NCBI GenBank assembly: GCA_905331295.1 | Contig: CAJNYD010000019.1 | Span: 1 to 64,000 of the forward strand | Reading direction: 5' to 3' | DNA length: 64,000 nt | Source of the DNA: Rotaria socialis | Lineage: Eukaryota | In this document: piece after piece, positions 25,652 to 38,200 of the stretch | Numbering within the stretch: position 1 is the first letter of the stretch | Layout: each line of letters opens with the position of its first letter | The notes under the pieces: model-generated | Database searches by the model: none | What the model was told of the DNA's origin: nothing | The model's input: the letters and a program-made list of their open reading frames with translations, nothing else | Program-made: the position numbers and the translations under genes

Positions 25652-28600
25652 TTATTGACTTTGTTTTTCATAAAACTGTACCGTATTATTTCCGATATCG
25701 GAAACAATCATGGTATTTTGATCACTAGAAAAACAGACATAATGTGGTGCTTTCATTTTATCGCCATGAAAATGAATGACTGATTGTTGATTATCATTAT
25801 TCATTGATAAGATTTTGGATGTATGCCGATCAGCTAAAATCAATTGATTTGCACTATCACATACGATACCTAAATGAGATATTTTTCAGAGAGTCATTTG
25901 TTTCAAATGACAAGCTTTTATACCTTCCGGAATACTTAAATTAAGACACGATTGAATATCTGTATCGATACATCTTTGAGCACTACCATCTGTGCTATAA
26001 ACGATGATGCAGCCAGCATTATATGCGCATGATTCAGGTTTGATACGTTGCCAGGCAGTTACAAAGAGTAGACCAGTCGATATTGAAATATATTGTGGGT
26101 CAAGTTTTTTTGTACCTGAATATAGCAAATATACTATTTATGAATTAATGTCAGTAGTTTCTGATGATTCGCATCAATTTAGTTTGTATAGTATTGAAAA
26201 TTCTGAATAGTTTTCATAAATGCTTATATTGTTGGCCTTGAAAAAACGATTATTCATCGTTTGATGTCATGTGACATTATTAATGACTCTCCTCATATTA
26301 CTGTAAGACAGATACTGGCGATGCATCAAAGACATAACCGAAACCTTGTTATGTATTCATATATTATGTTAGATGATGTTGACTAAGAAAATATGAGCAT
26401 TTTTCATAGTAATGCGAAGAAAAATGTCATTATCTACATATCATAGTAAGCCATCTAGAACACTCGCAGTTCGACTAATCAACATACGTTCTGCCTAGAA
26501 AATTATCTGTATGTATGTGTTTACTTCGCTACATAGTATGAAGAGCCTGATTGAAAAACAAAATAATATTTTTGTTTCTTTTCTGTACCTCTCATAACCA
26601 ACCATTCATTTTCATAGCGCATTTGATGAGTAAGTGCAATCATCCGTGAATTATAAGAGTCGCATACGTATACATAGTTGTTATCGATTGCTACTCCTTT
26701 TGGCCATGAAAATGATGAGCGAGTACAACCTTCGTTTTTGCTTCCAATAAAACTAACCATTTTCCCATAAAACCAATCATATTTCGATATTCGATGACGG
26801 TCAGTTATAATAATATATTGTTCTTTAGCTAAGCAAAGGCCATCGGGAAAAAGAAAACCTTTTATACCGCGCATTGTTTTTAAATTTAAATCATAAATTA
26901 TAATACGATGTTTTTTCGTATCAGCAATAATCAATTGGTTCGTATCTGTCATAGCAATTGCTTTCGGTGCAAGAAATTTATCGGCTTCGTTTGGACCTGT
27001 TAGAATTTGTGTTGCTTTTTTACTGTAATCTTCAAGATGTATTGGTGCAATAGGCATTCGTGGTGTCAATGGTGTATTATCTTCTAGTTGTTGATCGGCT
27101 TCATTGGATATGTGTTGTTGACGATTACCAGTTCGAAACATTCGTCGTGTAGTGAATTCATTATTTTCGCCTTGTTTAGCTTGATTATTGTTTTCATTTT
27201 TACGATGTATTTTTGGTGATTGATTGAAGAGTGCTTTAGAATCTTTTTTGGTCTTAATAATATGTTGTCTTCCTACAAATTGATCGCATGGAATTAAACG
27301 AAGATGATCATCGAACGTACTAGATTTGTATTGTTGTAAGGATTGATTTTCTTGATTTGATGGTTTAAGATGAATTTCACCAAGATACGAATGATTAACC
27401 GGAGATAAACTAGTAGATTTGTAAATAAAATCGATTGATTGTTCGTCGAAGTTTCGTTGTAAATTAAGCCAGTATTGACTTGAATGTATACGATCGGATA
27501 TGCTCCAATTTTTTGGATCAATTTGATCTAGTGTCTTAGATTCTTTTTCAACGTCGATTTTTATGTTTTGTAATTTAATATTTTTTGCCGTTGAATAATT
27601 TTGACAAAGATCATCTAATTGAGCATATAGTGCTTGTTCAAGATCTTTTTTTATTATTATATAAATATAAAATATTTAAATTAATTATTTTTTTTCTATT
27701 TTACCTTCAATTTTTTTAATTTGTTTTTCTTTATCAGCTTGTATCGCTGTACGAATATTATGTTTTGATTCAATTAATTTCTTGTCCCATTGAGATATAT
27801 TTTCATTGAGTTTATCGCGTATTTTAACTAAATCAGTGTATTCTTTTGTTTGTTCATAAACTATATTTTGCTCGTGTTCGTTCATGCACTTAAAACAAGC
27901 TAATGAACGACAATGAAAACATCGACCATAGGCAGATTTTTTATTACACAGTTCACATATACCTAATGGTGCCATACGATGATGTTCAGCACGTTTCAGT
28001 GTTTGTAACGTGTAGTTTTTTTGTAATTGTTCCATGTCGTTAACACTATCGAAGTGACGTGATTCTTTACAAATAGGACATTTAAGAATGCCATCATCTG
28101 GTAGAACATGCTAAATTAACAGAATAAATCGAGCTATGTCAAAATAATAGAGTTCAATATATATGTCGGAGTTGACTCTAAAATTCAGTTGCCTTTAAAA
28201 GTCAACTAGAGGGTGTGGGTATGGGTAAGACTCAAAACCATGCCCACAACCACACCCGAGTTTCTCGTTGACTATAGTTACGTTTTTCTTCAATGTTCAT
28301 TTCTTTGTCTCAACTGCGTCTATCGAATAAAATGTTATTTATCACATCAATAACAACTTTATGATTATACATTTAAAAATCAACTGAATTTTAGAATCAA
28401 CTCCGACATATATATATATATATGTTGCAGTAAAAATTTAAATTTAATTTTCTTGGGGGTGTGGGTGTTGGGTCAGAGAAGGCAACACAGAGTCACATCC
28501 ACCCACACTCTAAAATGTGGATTTCAATCTCTACTATAGGAGAAATTAAAATTTTAATTTCTACTGCAACATATATATAAGAAGTCGCAACTTATTACAA

Positions 28601-29357
28601 AACTCTTGTTACTAAGATAGTAGTGACTGATGATTACTTTTGCTTTTGAAGAAAATAATAACTGAAATACGGAAGAAATATCAGTCATTCCTATTGATAT
28701 GATGGTAGTTATGATAGTCGGAACTATTTGTTTTTCTCCCATGACACTCTTAACAGTAACTCATTATTTTTAAGCTCATGAGAATTTGGTTAAGTGCTTT
28801 ATGCAGAGAAAAAAGAATCTGTATAGTGGAATGACGGTATAGTAATGTAGTAGTGTTGCGTCATAGCTATTAAGTAGTATGAATGATTTAACAGTATAAT
28901 GGTATAAACATTACAGATGACATACCGCTATACAATGCATACCGTTTTATCACTATACAATTCATGACACTATTGAACTTACATCGGCAGGTATTTATTA
29001 TAAATTGTATTTTTTAAAGAAAATTCATTTTGTCGTAAAATTTCACATTCTCCGACGTTAGATTTACTCGCAATTTGTTATGTCTCGATTAAATATAAGA
29101 TAGTTAACTTAAAAGCGAATTTTTGTTTGAAAAAAAACAGACGAATATTCTGAACTAGTGTAGCTGTTGCTTTAGTGTATCTCGAAACCTACTTGAACAC
29201 AATACAAACAGAATGTATGCCCATTTGAGCAGAGTATACGTGGATCTTGAAAGTTTTTTCTACATAATGGACATTGAAATAATGAATTAGTATCAAAAAC
29301 ACGGGTGACTGCTTGATAATCGTCATTATTCTGTTGGCCATGACTCAACGAAGACAT
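25652..29357 (-). CDS. TRIM-NHL family protein (RING, B-box-like, coiled coil, NHL repeats); exons ~29357-29193, 28111-27705, 27644-26589, 26115-25920, 25869-25652
   Basis: RING CPLC..DPRILCSNGHTFCLYC|HVLPDDGILKCPIC. B-box-like CELC..CFHCRSLACFKCMNEH, then a coiled coil. NHL repeats FLAPKAIAM..LIIADTKKHRI, FLFPDGLC, FSWPKGVAID..VYVCDSYNSR, IPEGIVYD..LILAD, APHYVCF..VSDIGNNTV. Confidence 0.87.
28164..28408. mobile_element. MITE with TGTCGGAGTTGA termini inserted in (TA)n, in TRIM-NHL intron 1
   Basis: TGTCGGAGTTGACTCTAAAATTCAGTTG ... CAACTGAATTTTAGAATCAACTCCGACA, each flanked by TA repeats. Confidence 0.75.
28207..28512. mobile_element. Second MITE-like element with TAGAG...CTCTA ends and GGGTGT/ACACCC motifs
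   Basis: TAGAGGGTGTGGGTATGGG ... CATCCACCCACACTCTA. No matching TSD found. Confidence 0.5.
28815..28963. repeat. Degenerate inverted repeat (MITE relic) in TRIM-NHL intron 1
   Basis: GAATCTGTATAGTGGAATGACGGTATAG...GTCAT pairs with ATGAC...CATACCGTTTTATCACTATACAATTC. Confidence 0.5.
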
Positions 29358-30549
29358 GATTGCTAATATAGATCGGACGTTTTTATATACTAACATTTAA
29401 ATTAATGTTACGTTTATATATTATTTCGTTGTCATGAGTGCACAGTAGGGAAGCATGATGATTTAGAAGAAATGAGTTTTTTTTTGTTTCAGTTCACATG
29501 AACGAATATATCACCATTTTATGTGTGAACTATTCCCAGAGAAAACACAAAGGGATAAATAGCTTGTATTCAGATTGATTTAATCAGGAAAATGACATCA
29601 AATCATTGTTTCGCTAAATAATAAATGAATATTTTATGTAGTCATTTTTGAAAGAAATTTTATAAAAATAGATCTGTCAAAATGACTTTATGAACCTAGA
29701 AATAAATCAAATAAATAAATTTCTATTTCTCTCCATTCTTTATGGAATACTCCGAGGAGACAAGAACAATGAAAATGTGGCTTGGAAAAAAAAATAATCG
29801 TGTCGATTATTTTTATTATTTAAGCGTACAGATTATCAATGGAACCAATTGCAAGGGCGATTGATTAGGTACGATGATGTGTTCAAACTTCTATTAATCA
29901 CAATACTCATTCATTCTAGTAGAATGAACACTAAACGTTTAGAAACGCGATATTTTTCTCGTTTTTTTTCTTTAATAGTTAGGGAAATTTTACAGAAAGA
30001 AGTTGATTAGTCGAAATGTTTTCTTACCCAAGGGTGTACTTATTAAATTTCTGTTAATAGTTTTCGGTGAAAACTCTCTAGAATACTTTCTAAACTAATC
30101 TTCTTGATTCAATTGAAAATAATTCGCTCCCACGTTCATTGAATAATGAAAACAATTTGCTGCGAATAACCATGTTTGTGTAAGAGATTTTCAAGTCGAT
30201 TTTCACGATAATTTATATGAGTGGAGTGTTTTTTTTTAGATAATATCTAGAAAGCTTCTTTTGAGAGTCTCAATTTTTGACCAAAAATCGTTTATGAAAA
30301 CGAAAAAACATATTTAACTTAACCGAAAACTCCTTTTGACTAATTAATCAGTTTCTAGAACTTTCACCTTAGCATTATTTCTTATTTTTTGCTTAAATTC
30401 ATTTTGCACCAGTATTTTATCTTTTGGGGCAATGATCAATTTTTTATCAGCTTTATATTTTCGACTGATAAAATTTATTATTTGGATAAAAAAACAAATT
30501 CTTTTTCCTTTTTTGCTTTCGTAGATATGAATACTTGTACGCGATAATA

Positions 30550-33500
30550 ATGCCATGGTTGCGTCGACCGCGTCGATTTCTATCAAATATGTCTACACGA
30601 ACTCATCGTTTCTTTGTCTTTTGCATTATGATCACTATTGTCGTAATTAGTTTCTTTTTATTACGAAACACAAATAGTTTTATTTCACAACAAGAACAGA
30701 TATGTGATTCAAAATTGAATCAAATCAAAGGCCGAGAACTCATTCACCATGATGTATCCTCAGAAAAACCAATTTTTTTCATCGGTGGAATGCCACGAAG
30801 TGGAACAACATTAGTGCGCGCCATTATCGATTCACATCCACAAGTTCGTTGCGGCGAAGAAACAAGGGTTATACCAAGAATTTTAAGTATGAGAACAGCT
30901 TGGGAAAAATCAGCCATTGAATGGAACCGGTAAGATATAATATCTTAAATCACTTTTTGAACTTTTATCTTATTCAGAGTAAAACAAAATAAGAATAGAG
31001 ATTCTCTCGAGTATCAGCATAAACAAGAAATATTCGATATGCTTGTGTAGTTGTAGTTAAATTTCTTTCAAAAGAAAAGATACTGATAATATCAATTGAT
31101 CATATGATAATGCCAGTGCAGTACTAACTGAGATCTCCATCTCCATATCTGTTTCGAGAAATATTTATATAAATAAATAGCACTAGTTGTATCTTAATCA
31201 GAACAATCAATTTTAAACCATAGTTTTATCTATACACCAACAATTTCAAATTAGCTTCCTGTCTAAGCAGCCTTAAAACTCGAGTCTCGATTGTAGTCCA
31301 CCCGCGGTGAAGTTGTTGTCCATTGAATACCACCGATAGAAAATCATTTGCACAATGGGTACAATATCACATGTTGAAATCCTATTGTACTTTTTGACGA
31401 GACTATCACCGGTTTGGTGATCGCTTAGATATTGTTGTAAAACATGACATTCGATCTTGCACCTATAAATGAACTCTCCAACATGATATTTATATGAAAA
31501 TAAACGCTTGTCAATAGCTCGCTTCGTAAATAAATCAAAAATCATTGAATCTTTCCATCAGAATTGCCGATCGAGTTTCTTCAGTAATTTTAACTCTATA
31601 TAGAAAAATTATTAATACTCGGCAACTACATCTGATAAAGTTACATAGGATCGAAGAATTATTTTTAATTTATGCTTTGTTTATTTATGTTAGACTCTAG
31701 AGTGCTTACATAGAAAAGGAGGGGAGAAGGGAACAAGTGTAAGCGATTCTAATTGCCATAGCTGGGTCAATTCCTAGCATCGCATTTTCCGTGTTCCATC
31801 ACGTTGAATTTTATATGATGTCGTGTAGGGTGTGATATATCATTTATTCTTATATAAAGTTCAATCATTTAATCAGTAACGTCTCGTATCTCTTAATTCA
31901 TTTTTTTACTCTTTTTTGTCTCACGAAATGTCCTAACGAGTCCTTTTCACTCTTGCTAAGTCCATCCCAATAAAATATATCGTCTAGAAAAATTGAGCGT
32001 TCTAGATCTGTCGTGTAGATTTTTTGTAATCTTTTGTTTAAATACCCTTTAACATACACTTCGATGTGGTTTTCTTTCGTTAGTGTGAATAAGTCTTCTG
32101 CAAAAAATAAAAGAACATCAATGAACTATTCTAATTGCAACTCTGAATTTCCTATTGAATGATTCTTTCTGTTTTCGGGAGAAATGGATAGAAGAAAAAA
32201 TCCACGCAACGTGTCGAAAGACATTAGGAAAAAAGCATTTTCTCAAAACGTGAACCGATATTTTTCTACCTTTACTCAACCACTTTCGTTTGACTAAGGT
32301 CTTCTCCACTTTTGTTCGACAAAAAATCGATTGTAGTTTTCAATGACATTTTGCTCGTCCACGTAAATCCTCGATACTTGAATGTGTTAACTCTTTCTAG
32401 TTGATGTCCCTCCATATTTATCTTTATTTCAGGTCGCTTGATCTGCTTGTAGAAAAGCTGAGCTACTGTTTTCTGTACGTTGATTGGCTGTTTCCATTTC
32501 TTCGCGTAGGCTGCTATTTTGTTGCAGACTTCTGTGCCCTCTTTTTCCAGATGGTTGATGATTGTGGCTAAAGATTTCGTAATTGGTGCTGTTATGAGTA
32601 CACTGAGGTCGTCAGCAAACATGTGGCCTGAATGGACGCCGAAACATTTGTATTAGATCACAGTGATAGACTATGAAAAGTAATCGACTTAGACTACTTC
32701 CTTGCGGTAGTTCAATATTAATCTAATACTTTTCGGAGAATCGAAAAATTATCTTTCATCAGCCACCGTGACTAAAATAATATGCATAGTATCTTAAATA
32801 AAATATTTCTAAGTATCTCTATTTAATGTAGTAAACTTCTTGCTTTTGTTTTGTAGACTACTGGCTGGTGGCATGACAGAACAAATTCTTGATTCGGCTG
32901 TTCGTGCATTTATTTATGAAATTCTCTTTCTTCATGGTCCATCTGCTGACATTCTTTGTGATAAAGATCCATTTGTACTTAAATATGCATCATATATTAC
33001 CTCGATTTTTCCAAGTGCAAAATTTCTTCTAGTAGCACGCGATGCACGTGCTGTTATTCATTCAGTTATAACCAGGAAAGTAACCATAACCGGCTTTAGT
33101 TTAACTGATTATCGACAAAATTTTAAATTATGGAATCAAGGTTTTGAATCGATGTATCAGGAATGCAAAGAAGTTGGCAAATACCGATGTCTTATAGTTT
33201 ACTATGAACAACTTGTTTTACAACCAAAACAAACTATTAAAAATATATTAAAATTTTTAAATATAACTTGGGTTAATGATGTGCTTCATCATGAAGAACT
33301 TATCGGAAAGAAAATATCACTTTCAAAGTAATTAATTAATCATTAAAAGATAGATTTTCTTTACTTTCAAGTTTTGTTTTTAGAACTGAACATTCATCGG
33401 CTCAAGTTGTTAAGCCTATTAATCTTGAAGCATTAACAAAATGGGTTGGTCATATTCCAGTGGATGTTCTACGCGAGATAGATAAATTAGCGCCTATGTT

Positions 33501-33660
33501 AAAAAAACTTGGTTATGATACAAAATCCAATGTGCCATCCTATGGTATTCCTGATAAATTAGTACTAAGAAACATGGATCGACTTAGAGATAATGCTAAA
33601 TTTTGGGACGCTCAGGCAAAAGCTTACGCTCGAAACTTATCTAATACAGCAATTGTTTGA
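30550..33660 (+). CDS. TPST: Protein-tyrosine sulfotransferase; exons ~30550-30929, 32857-33327, 33384-33660
   Basis: Type II signal-anchor, 5'-PSB IFIGGMPRSGTTLVRA, HPQVRCGEETRVIPRIL, LCDKDPF, 3'-PB RDARAVIHS, YEQLVLQP, LHHEELIG, QVVKPINLEALTKWVGHIP, APMLKKLGYD. Confidence 0.95.
31660..32745 (-). mobile_element. 5'-truncated, frameshifted non-LTR retrotransposon (RT domain and 3' end), antisense in TPST intron 1
   Basis: Minus-strand LPQGSSLS..LFIVYHCDL, then after a frameshift FADDL, W...IN..KT and FKYRG (RT motifs). A degraded C-terminal ORF follows with stops, then an A-rich 3' end (AATAAA..AAAAATAA) near 31660-31690. Confidence 0.85.
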
Positions 33661-35278
33661 CACCAAGAACTAATTAGCTGCTCAATGCATTTGTCTCATG
33701 TTCCTTTGCTTCTACATTTTTTGTTTTCTAGAAATGAAAAATGATCTGTTATAGTATTTTTTTATTGCAATTGATTGTTGTGTGAAATTACTCTTGAGAA
33801 AGGGTTATGTTCTTTTGAAATTCGCTCGATTTATCAAAAACTTTTATTTCCTAATGTAAACTGCGCACTTAGATATAACGTAATTGTTTTTTTGCTCACG
33901 ATAGAAATATCAAATTCAGAGTTATCAGATGTCCTAGAAATAAACTGCCAGGTCAATGAATACCGCCTTCATTGATGTTGGCCAGAAGGATTTCCTTTTT
34001 TTCTCCACTAATGGTAGATGAGGGTTAGAATTGTTTTTTTACAACAACAACTATTGCTATTTACTGAGAAAGCACTAACACTTTCTGGTTACTATTAACA
34101 GTAAATTTTCGATTTCCTTAATACATTGTCCAGCTTCTCGTGGTCACAGATTTTGATTTTTCTCTAATCAAGCTAGCGTCACAGGATGCTCTTAGATGTC
34201 TTGATACGTTCGATGCCCTATAGGCTTATATAATTAAAATTTGTTTTCAGTAGAGCACTCGCATGGATAGCCAATAGAAAACGCACAAAAAACAAAACAT
34301 TCCAAACTAAAGATCGATACATTCTTTAATCTAGTAAAATTAATTTAAAATTATAATATGTCCAGAATGCTTAGAGTAAAGTCTAAAAGAATACACTTTT
34401 AGATCCCTGCATTTTCATAGTTGTTTTTCAATGTAGACGTTCGCGCGCGTAATTTTACATTATTAGTGTGCCAGTAATTTTATCATTTATGAGTAAAAAC
34501 TTCCTACATTCCTCCATCTTGAAAGAAAAATCATGGAGAGATTCTTTTATTTTTTGAACCCTCAGTATTTGTCTTTGGTATGAATGATTTTTGTATCAAC
34601 ATCATATCAAATATTTCATTTTTCTAATTAGGAGAAAATGTTTTAACAGTTATGAATTTAAATAGAGTCATCATAGATTAAAGTTTTTTTTGTTCCAAAA
34701 TGTTTTACTAATAAACACTGTTGTCTGTTAAGTGCCAATATTTTTTTCTGCTCTGTTTTTGTTTTGTTTTTGAAGTAATATAAGTTCTTTGCATAATTGT
34801 TATACACACTTTTTGTTGGTAAGATTTTTTTCGTGCATTACACTTCGTGATATTATAAATGAAATAATACGTTTTCGTCATAATAAACCAATCTAATGTA
34901 TTTTCACCATTTCCTTGCTCTTATTCAATTGAAAACAATGCCACATAAAGGTTAAGCACGGTTTTCGAAATACTGCAATTAATGTTTTATATTTTTCAAT
35001 ATTTTTGTGCACCATACAGACAATGACACATTTTTGATATTGTCAACTATGTAAACTGCGAAAGAAATTCATCGAGCGAACACCATATTGCATATCATAT
35101 TTTATTTTTCAAGTGGATACTTTATAAAAATCTGCTAATATTGGCCTTTGAATATGTATTATGACACAAGCTGTGCAATGTTTTCTTTCATTTGACCAAA
35201 AATTAAGAGTCGAAGAGAAATCATTGTATGATACAAAAGAAATTAAACACAACTTTAGTGTTTCCCTAGCACTGCAAT

Positions 35279-38200
35279 ATGCATGTGTTTTCTTTTCGAA
35301 TCGCTTTTATTATCACCATTATCATCTTTGTCGAGTAAGTTTTAAGCGATAACCGTTAAGACATTGGCTTGAATTAATTCTTAAATAAGTTTTAGATCGA
35401 TTTATTCGAATTCCCAATTTTGTTCTACTCTGTATACAACAACAAAACAAGATCAATGTCCTAACCCGTTATCGTTCGATATTCTCGAAGAATATGCAAA
35501 ATCATTATCATCTTGGAAATTAAATATTCCAGTGAGTGTAGACTATTCTTCGCTATATTTGCTGAAACGATGCAGTTTTATTTTGATTAGATATTAAAAA
35601 ATGAAAGCGACATTGATATTATTGAAGAACTTAAAAAACGTTTCGACGAAGGCAACTCTTGTCCTTATGTACGGTAAGTGTAAATCTTGAATTATCGTTC
35701 TGTTCAAGTCGATAACATTTATTGCATTCATTGGGATAATTTGCCGAAAAATTCTCTCATCAACTATGGAGAGAAATGTGCAAGGGCAAAGTTTATTAAC
35801 TTCTTACCGAGTAACCAGGACGATGGCCTACATAAATTGCATCTAATTTCGGCATCGCACATCATGACATCAATGGTTGCTCTTCCATAAAAGATTGGTT
35901 CTTTTAAACTACAGGATACAGGAATTCTTTTTGTATTAAATAACCACGGTCTATTGTATACTTCGAAAAAATCATTCAATCATCATGGGAAGTTTTGAAG
36001 TGACTGAAGGATTTTACTTCTTCCTTAGTTTGAAGTAGTTCTGTTTGTTTGTTCTATTGAGTTTATATCCTAATAGGCAGTTTTTCAAAACAATGATATT
36101 ATGGCTGATTCATAAATTTAGCTCTTTCAAAGGAAATCTTTTTTCTTGTCGGAATACTCAATTAATCATATTTGTTCAATCCTATTGTGTGAGGAAAAAT
36201 CTAATTCTATTGTAGGCAATAACTAAAAACTCTGTTGCTAACTACTCATGGCTCTAACCAGTGGTATCTTAAAAATAAAAAAGCGACCGAATATTTTTCA
36301 CCGAGAGTTTTACGTTCTCAGTTAGAAAATTTGTTTTTCTCGTAATCAGGTCAACATTCTAGAAAGTCTTATTCTATTAAATCATTCACGTAATTGTACC
36401 ATGATTCGATACGTTTCCGAGCAAAAGTTTGCAAAAATACAAACAAATTATGTGAGTGTATTTCTATGGAAAATGTTAGTCTTGCATTCAAGGAAATTAT
36501 TTTAATACTGACTTTCGATTGTAATTTATAAGAAATATGTTTAACGTAACTTTGAATAGTGCCGCTTAAAATCAACGGAATTTCAATCAAATAGCTCAAA
36601 CTGGTAACTAGACAGTGTTACTACTCGCCGTAGTGGATATTTCTAATATTTTCTATTTGAGAAAAATACATCAAAAACTAATCAAATTTCATGATTTGCT
36701 TTCGATAAATTGTAGATTCTACTCTCATTCGGTTGAAATCAATATAAATGGATTGAATTTTATTTTTAGGCAAATGAATAAAGCAATTTGTTGTAGCGGA
36801 TGGGAAGGTCCTGGTTGTAATAAACCAGAAAACTCCGTTTGTAAGTTTTCGTTGATATCATTGAACTGAATTCCATTTTATTCTCGTCATCATAGCTCAA
36901 AATTTATTTTCTACTTGTCATGTCTGGGGTCGAGCTCGTATTCGAACTTTTGATGGAACATATTATCGATTTCCGGGCAGGTAAATAGAATTAATTCTAG
37001 CCGCTATCGTAAGATGATGTTTAAAATGTTTCAATAGTTGTTCATATAAATTAATCGGTTCAAGTACGTGGCAATTAAACATTCAATTTATAAATTGTAC
37101 AACAACAAAAACGTCTTGTCAAAAAGTATCTACATTCTTATTTTTATTTCTGTCGAATTATTAAAGAATTATTTTCTAGAAACTAACAATTGTTATTGCT
37201 GGTAAAATATTAGAAGTAACAGGCACAAATTTAACAAATGTTACAGCATATCCATCGAATTTAATAATTCAACGCCAAGAAACTAATTTCCTTGATCTGT
37301 ACTTCACGAATGGTATCCGATTAAAAGTTCATGATCAGCATCAACAAACAATAATTATTCAACTAGATGATAATTTTATCAATGATCAAAGTTTATCAGG
37401 TCTTTGTGGAGATTATAATCAGAAGCCAGATGATGATTTTAAAATATTAACCACTGGTCTTATTACGAACACACCAGCAGACTTTGGAAATCAATGGAAA
37501 TCAAGTCAAAGCGTAAGAATTGTTTTTTTTTTATCACTGTGGAAACTTATAAATTAGTTTATTGTTTTCAAGTGCCCGGATACTTCAATAGTAATAGATA
37601 ACTGTTCAATAACTTCAGAAGCTATTGATGCATGCATTGCATTGACCAATCAATCAGAAATATTTCAACCGTGCTTTAATAAAGTAATTCATTTAGAATT
37701 TCTATGCAAATGAACACTACCTCTTTTTCCGTGTTACGTTTAGATTGATTACCGCTATTTTTATCAAGCATGTTTGAATGATGTATGTTCGGCTAAATCA
37801 GAAAACGCATCTATAAATATTGCACGATGTCAAGCATTGGAAGCGTACGCCGAAGAGTGTCGAGAACATGATATTTACATTCAATGGCGATCTAACACTG
37901 GATGCGGTATATCATCTATTTTCCTAATATTCGTATTCATTTTTTTCATTTTCAAGCAAAACAATGTTCATCACCGAATATGGCGTTTAAAGAATGTGCT
38001 TCATCGTGTCGTCGGACATGTCAAAATCCATCATCAACAATTACTCAATGCCATACACAAACTAGCGAATGTACTCCGAGATGTGTTTGTACCAATGGAA
38101 CTGTCTATGATAGTTTTCGAGATGAATGCGTGCAATTGGAAGAATGCACATGTCAATACAATAGCATTCAATATCAGCCTGGATATCAAGTATCAATCGA

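Noticed and set aside
26109..26590. AGGTACA at both junctions of a TRIM-NHL intron as a sign of intron gain by duplication
   Set aside because: AG|GT is the ordinary proto-splice consensus, so the extra 3-nt match is weak evidence.
35687..35979. Overlapping short ORFs in spondin intron 3
   Set aside because: Interrupted by stops with no identifiable family. Cannot be supported as a nested gene.
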